Under the pieces are notes generated by a model. The model saw nothing but the letters and a program-made list of their open reading frames with translations, was not told the origin of the DNA and did not search any database. Source: an uncultured bacterium (GTDB lineage Bacteria > Hydrogenedentota > Hydrogenedentia > Hydrogenedentales > JAEUWI01). Taken from it: a stretch of 64,000 bases of DNA. The stretch lies in NCBI GenBank assembly GCA_963977445.1, contig CAXBPH010000003.1, positions 9,964 to 73,963 of the forward strand, given 5' to 3'. The position numbers and the translations under genes are program-made. This document shows positions 50,117 through 58,508 of the stretch, piece by piece; position 1 is the stretch's first letter, and every line of letters starts with the position of its first letter.

Positions 50117-50433
50117 TTGCTTCCCTTTCTTTTTTCCTCTTCTTGGCACAATTTATCTATACGCAGCATCATATCGTCAATTGCTTCATCAACACTTTGA
50201 TAGCCGCCTTTTCGTATAGTCTTGTCTGGAGGTAGTCGAAAACCAACGATTGGCTCGATGGCTAACAAAGTGCTTACGACGGCAAAGGAGTCCAAAAGTG
50301 GCTCCCAAACCTTGCGCAACAGAGCCCCCTCATCCACAATCTCGTCAAGCTTGTCAGTCAAAACTGCCCGAATTTCGCAAGAAGTCAAATGAACATCTTC
50401 GTCGATTTGAAACGCTGTGGATGTGTTTGCCAT
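50113..50433 (-). CDS. Acyl-carrier-protein-like small acidic protein
   Basis: 106 aa; 'LLDSFAVVSTLLAIEPIVGFRLP...SVDEAIDDM' resembles the ACP DS(Ppant)-helix II-loop-helix IV pattern; AGGAG RBS; PPTase in the same operon. Confidence 0.6.
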   Translation of the reverse strand: MANTSTAFQIDEDVHLTSCEIRAVLTDKLDEIVDEGALLRKVWEPLLDSFAVVSTLLAIEPIVGFRLPPDKTIRKGGYQSVDEAIDDMMLRIDKLCQEEEKRKGSK

Positions 50434-50458
50434 ACCGAATCTCCTGTGCTACTTGGTT

Positions 50459-50487
50459 AGGATACCAAAATTCAGTTGGAAAATCAA
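50459..50487 (-). promoter_or_regulatory. Candidate sigma-70 promoter of the island operon
   Basis: Minus strand TTGATT-17bp-TATCCT with TG extension, 25 bp before the ACP-like start. Confidence 0.55.
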
Positions 50488-50500
50488 ACACAAAATATCA

Positions 50501-50523
50501 ATATGTTAGATTTTCTAACATAT
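50501..50523. promoter_or_regulatory. Perfect palindrome, candidate XRE operator
   Basis: ATATGTTAGA-TTT-TCTAACATAT. Confidence 0.6.
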
Positions 50524-50525
50524 GG

Positions 50526-50607
50526 TATAGCCCAGGGTTTTGCTTGTTCGCGCTTGGGGCGTGAACTTGCTGCGCCCTGGGCTATAGTGTGTCACCCCGT
50601 TGGGGCT
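50526..50607. repeat. REP-like palindromic element (AGCCCAGGG...CCCTGGGCT family)
   Basis: TATAGCCCAGGG (50526-37) / CCCTGGGCTATA (50575-86) plus CCCCGTTGGGG hairpin; same motif family as 63691-64000. Confidence 0.75.
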
Positions 50608-50850
50608 ATTCAGATCGCCCTGTACGGATTCGCCGAAGAATGACACTTCGCCCGAAGTGGGCGCCAGCAACCCCATGAGCACCTTGATGGTCGTGCTCTT
50701 ACCCGCGCCATTGGGCCCGAGAAGGCCGAAGGCGGCCCCACGCTTTATTTGGAGATTGAGGCCGTGGACACCATCTCCGTGTTCGTAGGTTTTTACGAGT
50801 TCTGAGATTTCGACCACCGACTCGGTCTTCACCGGGGCCTGTTTATCCAT
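50608..50850 (-). pseudogene. 5' fragment of an ABC transporter ATP-binding gene
   Basis: 'FGLLGPNGAGKSTTIKVLMGLLAPTSGEV' Walker A; frame then runs into the REP with no Q-loop, signature or Walker B. Confidence 0.8.
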
Positions 50851-51001
50851 AACCTGCACGAAAACAACTCCCCTTGTTCTTCGCTGCAGAACCTGCGTGC
50901 AGCGGGAAAACTGCCAACGAAATAGCCCGATACGCTATAGTACAAGACATTAATCTATCTGACAATCCCCAAAGATTAACCGGAAAGCCCAATCAAAATT
51001 C

Positions 51002-52330
51002 ATGGCCGAAGATCTATTTGAAAATGCCGCCGCTGAGCGGATGCGGAAGGAAGCCCCGCTGGCCCGCCGTATCGCCCCCCGCACCCTCGATGACTTTGTG
51101 GGGCAGGAGCATATCCTCGGGCATGGCAAACTCTTGCGTCGCGCCATCGAAGCCGATCGCATCACCTCCCTCCTCCTTTATGGTCCCCCGGGCACGGGCA
51201 AGACCGCGCTGGCGCGTATTATCGCCATGCGGACCAAATCGGCCTTTGAACCCTTAAATGCGGTGACGTCGGGCGTGAAAGAGCTGCGGGAACTCCTGGC
51301 CCAGGCCAAGCAACGGCGCATCCACCAACAGAAGCGCACCATCGTTTTCGTGGACGAAATTCACCGATTCAATAAGGCCCAGCAGGACGCCCTCCTCCCC
51401 GATGTGGAGAATGGCAACATCACCATGATCGGTGCCACCACGGAGAACCCCTTCTTCTCCGTCGTCGCGCCTCTCCTCTCCCGTTCCCAGATTTTTGAAT
51501 TCAAACGTCACACGGAAGAAGCCCTCGTCGGCTTACTGCGCCGCGCCCTCACACATCCCGAGCTGGGGATGGACCCCGAGACCATCACGGTAGACGACGA
51601 CGCCTTCGCTCATATCGCGCGCTATGCCGAAGGGGATGTGCGCCGTTCCCTCAATGCCTTGGAAGTGGCCCTGCTTACCACGCCGGTGGTCGATGAGAAG
51701 ATTCACATCACCGTGGAAGAAGCCCGGGAATCCATCCAGCGCAAACTCCTCCACTACGATGGCACGGGCGATGGCCACTATGACGCGGCCTCGGCTTTTA
51801 TCAAATCCATGCGGGGGAGCAATCCCGATTCGGCCCTCTATTGGATGGCCCGCATGCTGGAAGCCGGTGAAACGCCGCGCTTTGTGGCGCGACGCATCTG
51901 CATCGCCGCGTCGGAAGATGTGGGCAATGCCGACCCCATGGCGCTGGTGCTGGCGAACGCCGCCTTCCAGACCTGTGAGTTCATCGGCATGCCCGAAGCG
52001 CGCATCATGCTCGCCCAGGCCGTGACCTACATCGCCGCCGCCCCCAAGAGCAATGCGTCCTACGCGGCCATCGACGCCGCCATCGCGGCCGTGCGGGAAG
52101 AAAAAACCACCGAAATTCCCAAACACCTCCAGGATGCCCACTACAAGGGGGCCAAACGACTGGGTCACGGGGCCAACTATCAGTATGCCCACGATTTTGA
52201 AGACAACTACGTCACCCAGGACTACGGCATCCCCCGGGGCACCTTCTATCAGCCCACGAAAAATGGCAAGGAAGCCGAAATAAAGGCCTGGATGGATGAA
52301 CTCGACGCCCGGGACCGGGGAGAGAACTAG
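51002..52330 (+). CDS. rarA: Replication-associated recombination protein A (RarA/MgsA)
   Basis: 'GPPGTGKT', '[13 protein letters not shown]', 'GATTENP', '[10 protein letters not shown]', 'ASEDVGNAD'. Confidence 0.95.
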   Translation: MAEDLFENAAAERMRKEAPLARRIAPRTLDDFVGQEHILGHGKLLRRAIEADRITSLLLYGPPGTGKTALARIIAMRTKSAFEPLNAVTSGVKELRELLAQAKQRRIHQQKRTIVFVDEIHRFNKAQQDALLPDVENGNITMIGATTENPFFSVVAPLLSRSQIFEFKRHTEEALVGLLRRALTHPELGMDPETITVDDDAFAHIARYAEGDVRRSLNALEVALLTTPVVDEKIHITVEEARESIQRKLLHYDGTGDGHYDAASAFIKSMRGSNPDSALYWMARMLEAGETPRFVARRICIAASEDVGNADPMALVLANAAFQTCEFIGMPEARIMLAQAVTYIAAAPKSNASYAAIDAAIAAVREEKTTEIPKHLQDAHYKGAKRLGHGANYQYAHDFEDNYVTQDYGIPRGTFYQPTKNGKEAEIKAWMDELDARDRGEN

Positions 52331-52430
52331 TCCACACCGATACGCACTGGACAGCACGACGTCTTCGGGGGTATCGTAGTCGTAGCATCCTACTGCACTG
52401 ACCCCATTGACCGATTGGAGGGCCTTTACC

Positions 52431-52868
52431 ATGCTGACCTATTTTATATTGACGGGCATCATTGTCTTTGGATTTGCCTTTGCCATGTGGCTGGGCACCT
52501 TTCTGCTTAACCGCAGCATAAACACGACCCTGGAAACCGAAGATGAGGCGCGGCACAATGTCGCCGGTCAACTCGGCTATGGCACCCTGCTGCTGGGCGC
52601 TACCATCATTCTCACGGTCGTATTCTTCCAAATGGATCGGGCACCCATCATCCCCCCCATGCCCCCGGGGCTGCAGCCCGAGGGGATACGCCGGGAGGCT
52701 GAAGCGGAAAAAAAGGACACCAAGGCCATCGTCCCGGAGTCCAAGAAAGAAGCAGCGCCCCCTGCACCGGTCAATGGAGCACCCGAGGTCACCCCGCCGA
52801 CCGATATTAAACCGGCGGAGCCGAAAGAAGCCATACAGCCGGAGGCATCATCCGCGCTATCGGTGTAG
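52431..52868 (+). CDS. Hypothetical membrane protein (2 TM, Pro/Glu/Lys-rich tail)
   Basis: GGAGG RBS; two hydrophobic helices. Confidence 0.6.
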   Translation: MLTYFILTGIIVFGFAFAMWLGTFLLNRSINTTLETEDEARHNVAGQLGYGTLLLGATIILTVVFFQMDRAPIIPPMPPGLQPEGIRREAEAEKKDTKAIVPESKKEAAPPAPVNGAPEVTPPTDIKPAEPKEAIQPEASSALSV

Positions 52869-52901
52869 ACGCTGAAGCGCTCAACGACCTTGGAACCTTC
52901 C

Positions 52902-54506
52902 ATGCACAAGTCTACGCGTTTCGCCTTGCTACTCTGCACCCTGCTGTCCTTCGCGGCAGTCGGGAGCCCTACCTTCACGATGGTGCCCATGGACGACGGC
53001 ACCAAACTCGCAACCGATGTCCATCTGCCCGGTGGTGAAGCACCCTGGCCCGCCATTGTCCTCCGCAGTACCTACGGGCGCATGGGTTCCGTGGCCCGCG
53101 AGTGGCTCGAACTGAATTATGCCGTCGTCATTCAGGATGTCCGCGGCATGGGCGACAGCGAAGGTGAAGCCCATGTCTTCTATGCCGATGGATGGCGCGA
53201 GGACCAGCACGATGGGGCCGACACGGTCGCGTGGGTCAAGGCCCAGCCCTGGTGTGACGGCAAGATCGGCACCTGGGGCGGCTCCGCACTGGCCATCACC
53301 GAAATGCTCATGGCACCCACCACGCCGGATATAGCCGTGCAGCACATGGTCGCCACGCCCGCTAACCTCTATTTCGACACGGCCTACCATGGCGGCGTGT
53401 TGCGCAAAATGCTTATCGAAGGCTGGCTGACTTCGATTAGACAACCCCATATGATCGACGTCTACAAAAGTCACCCCCGTTACGACGACTATTGGGCCCA
53501 CTTTGACACCGTGGCAAAGGCGGCTGACATCAACGCACCGGCCCTCTTTGAAAACGGGTGGTATGACATCTTTCAGCAGGGCACCATCGACGGATTTCTC
53601 GCCCGGGAAGGACAGGGCGCAGCCCCGGCAAAAGGCAACAACTTTCTCATCATGAAATGGTCGAGTCATGGCCCCGACGTGGAAGACGATTACAAACTCA
53701 ACGAAAACCGTTTCGACCTCAAAATCAGCAAACTACGCGACCAGATATTTCGACACTACCTCCGGGGCAACGACGACATCAGCGAGATCCCCAAGGTCCA
53801 TTATTACGTCATGGGGGCGGACACCCCCAACGCGCCCGGCAACGAATGGCGCACAGCCAATCAGTGGCCGCCCTACGAAACAACGGCGACGACCTACTAC
53901 TTACATCAGGACAGCACGCTCAGCACGAACACACCGAATGCAGATGGCGTGCGCAGCTATGTCTTCGATCCCGCCAATCCCGTCCCCACCCATGGCGGCA
54001 ACAACCTCCTCATGCCGTCCGGCGCCTTCAACCAGAAAAAGCACACCGAAGGCCGGGCGGATATCCTCCATTTCATGACCGAGCCGCTGGACGCACCAAT
54101 TGAGATTACCGGCCGTGTCACCGTGCGACTGAACATCAGTACCGATGCCCCCGACACCGATTTCACGGCCATGCTCCTCGACATCTATCCCGATGGAGAC
54201 GGCCGGGAGCTGAACATCCTGGACAACATTCGCCGCGTGAAGACGCGCAATGGCTTTGCCGAAGCCGCCCCGCTGTTGACGGGCACCGAGGAAATTGTCA
54301 CCTTGGAAATTGACCTCTGGAGCACGGCATGGGTCTTCGACACGGGCCACCGCATCGGCCTGAACATCTCCAGCAGTAACCACCCCCGCTTTGAAGTGAA
54401 CCCCAACACCGGCGAAGACTTCCCCGGCGAGGAACTGCGCAAAGCGACGAACATCATACACCTGAGCGCCGAACACCCGAGTGCATTGATACTGCCCCTG
54501 CGGTAG
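52902..54506 (+). CDS. CocE/NonD-family serine hydrolase
   Basis: 'DGTKLATDV', 'QDVRGMGDSEG', 'GTWGGSALA', 'SSSNHPRFEVNPNTG'. Confidence 0.9.
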   Translation: MHKSTRFALLLCTLLSFAAVGSPTFTMVPMDDGTKLATDVHLPGGEAPWPAIVLRSTYGRMGSVAREWLELNYAVVIQDVRGMGDSEGEAHVFYADGWREDQHDGADTVAWVKAQPWCDGKIGTWGGSALAITEMLMAPTTPDIAVQHMVATPANLYFDTAYHGGVLRKMLIEGWLTSIRQPHMIDVYKSHPRYDDYWAHFDTVAKAADINAPALFENGWYDIFQQGTIDGFLAREGQGAAPAKGNNFLIMKWSSHGPDVEDDYKLNENRFDLKISKLRDQIFRHYLRGNDDISEIPKVHYYVMGADTPNAPGNEWRTANQWPPYETTATTYYLHQDSTLSTNTPNADGVRSYVFDPANPVPTHGGNNLLMPSGAFNQKKHTEGRADILHFMTEPLDAPIEITGRVTVRLNISTDAPDTDFTAMLLDIYPDGDGRELNILDNIRRVKTRNGFAEAAPLLTGTEEIVTLEIDLWSTAWVFDTGHRIGLNISSSNHPRFEVNPNTGEDFPGEELRKATNIIHLSAEHPSALILPLR

Positions 54507-54621
54507 CCGATTCTTCTGCGGGCGGAGCCATCCGACACACACCGTGCAACCCTCGGACGCTCCACATTGCTTCGCCGTCTTTGCCCGGTTATATTGAATG
54601 CCAACGCGAAAGGGCACGACC

Positions 54622-55875
54622 ATGAGTACCAATTACGGCGACTACCAATTGGGCGTCTATTTCCAGGGCATGATGGGCCACCTACCCGACTTTCCGTTTG
54701 ACATCGACGAAGTGGAAGAACAGGCAAAGGCCTGCCTCGACCCCAGGGCCTATTGGTATGTGGCTGGCGGGGCCGGGGCCAGCGAAACGGTACGCCGCAA
54801 CCGCGTCGCCTTTTCAGGCTGGCAAATCATCCCCCGTATGCTGGCCGACGTGTCGCAACGCGACCACCGCATCGAACTCTTCGGCCAGACCTACAACGCG
54901 CCCCTTTTCCTGGGACCAGTGGGTGTCCAGGAGATCATCCACCCCGAAGGGGAACTGGCCGTGGCCCGGGCCGCCAAGTCTCTGGCCATCCCCATGGTCT
55001 TGTCCACCCTGTCATCCCACCCGCTGGAAGACGTGGCGGAGACCTTGGGCGATTCGCCGAAGTGGTTTCAGCTCTATTGGCCCGGTGACCCCGAATTGGC
55101 CACAAGCCTCATCGAGCGGGCCGAAGCAGCAGGCTACACGGCCATTGTCGTGACCCTGGACACCAAACTCATGGGCTGGCGTGAAAAGGACCTGCAGACG
55201 GCCTACCTTCCCTTTCTGGAAGGCAAGGGCATCGCCAACTACGTCACCGACCCGGTCTTTTGCGACGCCCTCGAAAAGCCCCCCATGGATGATATGCAGG
55301 CCGCCATCGGACACTGGACCCAGGTTTACGCCGACGCCAGCCAGACGTGGAAAAATATTGCCGACCTGCGTAAGGTCACTACGCTACCCATCATCTTGAA
55401 GGGCATCCTCCATCCCGACGATGCACGCCTGGCCTTCGACCACGGTGTCGATGGCATCATCGTCTCCAACCATGGCGGACGTCAGGTAGATGGGGCCATC
55501 GCCGCACTCGATGCCTTGCCTGCCATCGTGGACCGGGTACCGGAATTGCCTGTCTTATTCGACAGCGGCATCCGCCATGGGGCCGACATGGTCAAGGCCC
55601 TGGCCCTCGGTGCGAAGGCCGTCTTACTCGGTCGGCCCTATGTCTACGGCCTGGCGGTGGATGGCGAAAATGGCGTGAAGAATGTGGTGCAGCGCCTCCT
55701 CGCAGAATTTGACGTGACCATGGCCCTCGCCGGTGTCGCGAAGGCGAGTACCTTGACGCGGGAACACATCGTGCGGGGCGAAATCTTGCACCCCACCGTC
55801 GTCGAGAGCCCTGCCCAGCCGCCGCCCACCGATACGAGGTACGCCTACATTCCCGCCATGCCAACCGGCGAATAA
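54622..55875 (+). CDS. FMN-dependent alpha-hydroxy-acid oxidase (lactate 2-monooxygenase-like)
   Basis: 'WFQLYW', 'LKGILHPDDA', 'SNHGGRQVDG', 'DSGIR', 'GRPYVYGLA'. Confidence 0.9.
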   Translation: MSTNYGDYQLGVYFQGMMGHLPDFPFDIDEVEEQAKACLDPRAYWYVAGGAGASETVRRNRVAFSGWQIIPRMLADVSQRDHRIELFGQTYNAPLFLGPVGVQEIIHPEGELAVARAAKSLAIPMVLSTLSSHPLEDVAETLGDSPKWFQLYWPGDPELATSLIERAEAAGYTAIVVTLDTKLMGWREKDLQTAYLPFLEGKGIANYVTDPVFCDALEKPPMDDMQAAIGHWTQVYADASQTWKNIADLRKVTTLPIILKGILHPDDARLAFDHGVDGIIVSNHGGRQVDGAIAALDALPAIVDRVPELPVLFDSGIRHGADMVKALALGAKAVLLGRPYVYGLAVDGENGVKNVVQRLLAEFDVTMALAGVAKASTLTREHIVRGEILHPTVVESPAQPPPTDTRYAYIPAMPTGE

Positions 55876-55945
55876 GCCCGCGAGATGCGCCGTGTTACGT
55901 ACTGGTTCCATGGCGTAAATTCGTATCCGGCGATTGGCGTTGACG

Positions 55946-56021
55946 TTGTCTCAGGCAGGAATGCCCAAGCCCCGTTTGGCGAATCGTCTTTAAGGGGCTT
56001 AGGCATTCCTGCCTGAGACAA
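55946..56021. repeat. Long inverted repeat (28-bp arms, 20-nt loop), REP-like
   Basis: TTGTCTCAGGCAGGAATGCCCAAGCCCC ... GGGGCTTAGGCATTCCTGCCTGAGACAA, one mismatch; between convergent genes. Confidence 0.85.
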
Positions 56022-56086
56022 AGCACATCAAGGGACATGCATGGGCCATCAACGTCATGAAATAGCGAAGGGGAACCTACCCCCCT

Positions 56087-57160
56087 TTACTTCGTCACCA
56101 ACCGCCCCACGGGATAGCCCGCCGAATAGTCAAATGCCCAACACCCATTGGGCGTGGTGTAGCAAATCGTTTCCTTGCGCTCAAAATCGGTCTTGCCCTG
56201 CCGCACCGCCGCATCAGGGCTGTCTGGCAACAACTGGGGATCGGCCACGACTTCCAGCATTTTGGTCGGGTCACCCATCCCATGTCCAGTGCCCGTGAAA
56301 ATGACGCCATCCAAATCTTTTTCTTCCGGATACCGTGCCACCACGGGCAGTCCCGCCGCCTTCATATTGGCAACCACCACCCGCTTGTCCTCGACCGGAC
56401 AGACCTCGTCCGTCGCGCCGTGGACCACAAAAATCTGCGTTTCCTGCCCATAGTCTTTCATTTGCTTGAGGTGGGTGGTCTCCCCGAGATCCCGAAGGAC
56501 CTGGGCATCGGCCGTAAGATAGGCGGGACTCTCGGGGTCCTGCGAATACCCCGCGTTCAGGGGCGAACCCCCTTCGAGATTAAAGGCGATGTCATCGCTC
56601 AACACGGCCATCCCACAGAAATCGATAATGGCGGCAAAGGTGCGTGGGGCCAGTTTGTTCGCCATCTGGGTCACATTGCCTCCGCCCGAATACCCGGTGC
56701 AGTAAATTCGACCGGTATGAAAAGCGATGCGCTCCCGTTCCAGCCCGCTATACATCCAATGAAGAGAACGCAGGGCATCTAAGGCCTGGAGGTAGCCATA
56801 GTCATAGGGCGGCATGGTCGTGCCATCATAGGGACCGCTCTGAAGATAGTCCACGCAAATAGCCACCACATTATAGCGGTCCGCCAGGGTCTGGGGATCG
56901 GGCACGCCGTCCGCATGGGTACCGGTCCAATAATGGAGGGTCAGAAAGAGGCCCGTCTTTTCATTAATATTCGCCTGCTTCATTCCCGGGTAATACACAT
57001 AAGCCCGAATCGTCCGGGGACCTTCCTGAAACGCCCATTCCTGTGCCGGGAGCTCCGCCGTGCCATTTTCGGCAGGCAAGGGCGGCCAGGGGCGATCGTC
57101 GGCGAAGGCACCACAGGCCAGACTCAACACAACAAGGACGATAGGGAATAATGACTTCAT
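56087..57160 (-). CDS. Secreted alpha/beta hydrolase (DUF2920-like), paralog A
   Basis: Signal peptide, GYSGG elbow, 'HGATDEVCP', 'GTGHG'. Confidence 0.78.
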   Translation of the reverse strand: MKSLFPIVLVVLSLACGAFADDRPWPPLPAENGTAELPAQEWAFQEGPRTIRAYVYYPGMKQANINEKTGLFLTLHYWTGTHADGVPDPQTLADRYNVVAICVDYLQSGPYDGTTMPPYDYGYLQALDALRSLHWMYSGLERERIAFHTGRIYCTGYSGGGNVTQMANKLAPRTFAAIIDFCGMAVLSDDIAFNLEGGSPLNAGYSQDPESPAYLTADAQVLRDLGETTHLKQMKDYGQETQIFVVHGATDEVCPVEDKRVVVANMKAAGLPVVARYPEEKDLDGVIFTGTGHGMGDPTKMLEVVADPQLLPDSPDAAVRQGKTDFERKETICYTTPNGCWAFDYSAGYPVGRLVTK

Positions 57161-57271
57161 GGACAAACTCCAAATTGTTTCGACTTAAGACTTCCCGCCT
57201 CAGGAGCTTAAGAAACTGGCCCCTGACGCAGCAAGATCACCGTGACTTATTCTTGTCGGTTTTCTAAATTG

Positions 57272-58462
57272 CTACCGAAGGCGAAACTCACCAATCAATC
57301 CAGGCCGTCGCGCAAGCAAACTCTCTAAGTGACTATCTGCCCACATTTCGATGCGAAGTGCCGAATCTGATTGGTTGTGGTTCTCGATTATTTGAATAGC
57401 ATCTGTGCTGAATCTGCCGGACGTCGCAATAATGTGAACATCAACTCGCGGCGGCTCCCAGAGTTTCATTTGCTCTCTCAAAGTCGCAATTTCCTTAGCA
57501 CCGACGCTTTTCGACAGCCAATGCTTGCATTGAATAATCACTCGCAGGCGAAACGTTCCGCCTAGTTTGTCGAGAAACACTCTTTGGCACGAAAGATCCC
57601 GTCCTCTGTCTGACGCGTTCGTCTTAGTAAGCCACTCCGCATTTTCGTAACCTTCGGTTTGCGATATCAGATTGAAAACCAATCTCTCGAAATCATCCTC
57701 ATCGATGGCTTCCCAGTTTAGCTTGGTTGCGATTTCTCCGACGGGCCTAGCCTTAACTAACTCACCCAAATCGTCGACGGCCACCGGTAATGGGTCGGAA
57801 CTACCGTATAAAATCTCCGTCATCCCCGCGTCGACAGCTGGCCAATCGTGCTTTATTATGTCTCGAAGATCGCCAATCATACCGTAATGAAGGTGCCTTT
57901 TCAGATCACCCCATCTCGGAGGACGCTTGGCACTACTTCCCAAGATAGTATCGATTCTGGAAACACTGGAGACCAATACTTCCCAGTCGTCACCGTCGAC
58001 AGAACCGTTAGCCTCGAGTTTGCTCGGATAGTCTGTGCGAAGACGCGCCAGCGCTAAATTGGCGATACGTATCTCTTCAAGTAATGCGTGACGAAATACC
58101 GTTCTCCGTGACCTATTCAACCGATAACGGTACTCTTTGAGGTCTTTCTCTGGCGAGAATATGTGCTCATCTATTATTACGGCACTCTCAAAGTCGCCAA
58201 TCTCCATGGCGTCAAATCTGAATTGTCCGATTTCATTTAGCTCTAAGAGTGAATCTGGCATTGTCCATCCATCAATCTTAGGAAGAGCTTCACGTACTTG
58301 ACGATAATCTCGGCAGCAATCATCGTACACTCCGTCGGTCATGTCCCCGAACGAAACACTTTCAGGAATCATCGATTTGATCTTTTCCCACAAAGCTTCT
58401 AACTTCACAAGATTGGCTTCGGTTGCTTCAAATTGCTTCAATGCATCGTTCAATGAGCTCAT
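57272..58462 (-). CDS. Mrr-like (PD-(D/E)xK) restriction endonuclease domain protein with a long helical N-terminus
   Basis: 'DFERLVFNL', 'DRGRDL', 'IIQCKHW', 'ATSGRFS'; more AT-rich than flanks. Confidence 0.8.
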   Translation of the reverse strand: MSSLNDALKQFEATEANLVKLEALWEKIKSMIPESVSFGDMTDGVYDDCCRDYRQVREALPKIDGWTMPDSLLELNEIGQFRFDAMEIGDFESAVIIDEHIFSPEKDLKEYRYRLNRSRRTVFRHALLEEIRIANLALARLRTDYPSKLEANGSVDGDDWEVLVSSVSRIDTILGSSAKRPPRWGDLKRHLHYGMIGDLRDIIKHDWPAVDAGMTEILYGSSDPLPVAVDDLGELVKARPVGEIATKLNWEAIDEDDFERLVFNLISQTEGYENAEWLTKTNASDRGRDLSCQRVFLDKLGGTFRLRVIIQCKHWLSKSVGAKEIATLREQMKLWEPPRVDVHIIATSGRFSTDAIQIIENHNQSDSALRIEMWADSHLESLLARRPGLIGEFRLR

Positions 58463-58508
58463 CTAGATTTGCTCCACCCTACAGCTGGCCGCGGTCACCC
58501 AACCCACC

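Noticed and set aside
44914..50523. Prophage interpretation of the island
   Set aside because: No integrase, terminase, capsid, tail or replication genes, and no att-like direct repeats seen.
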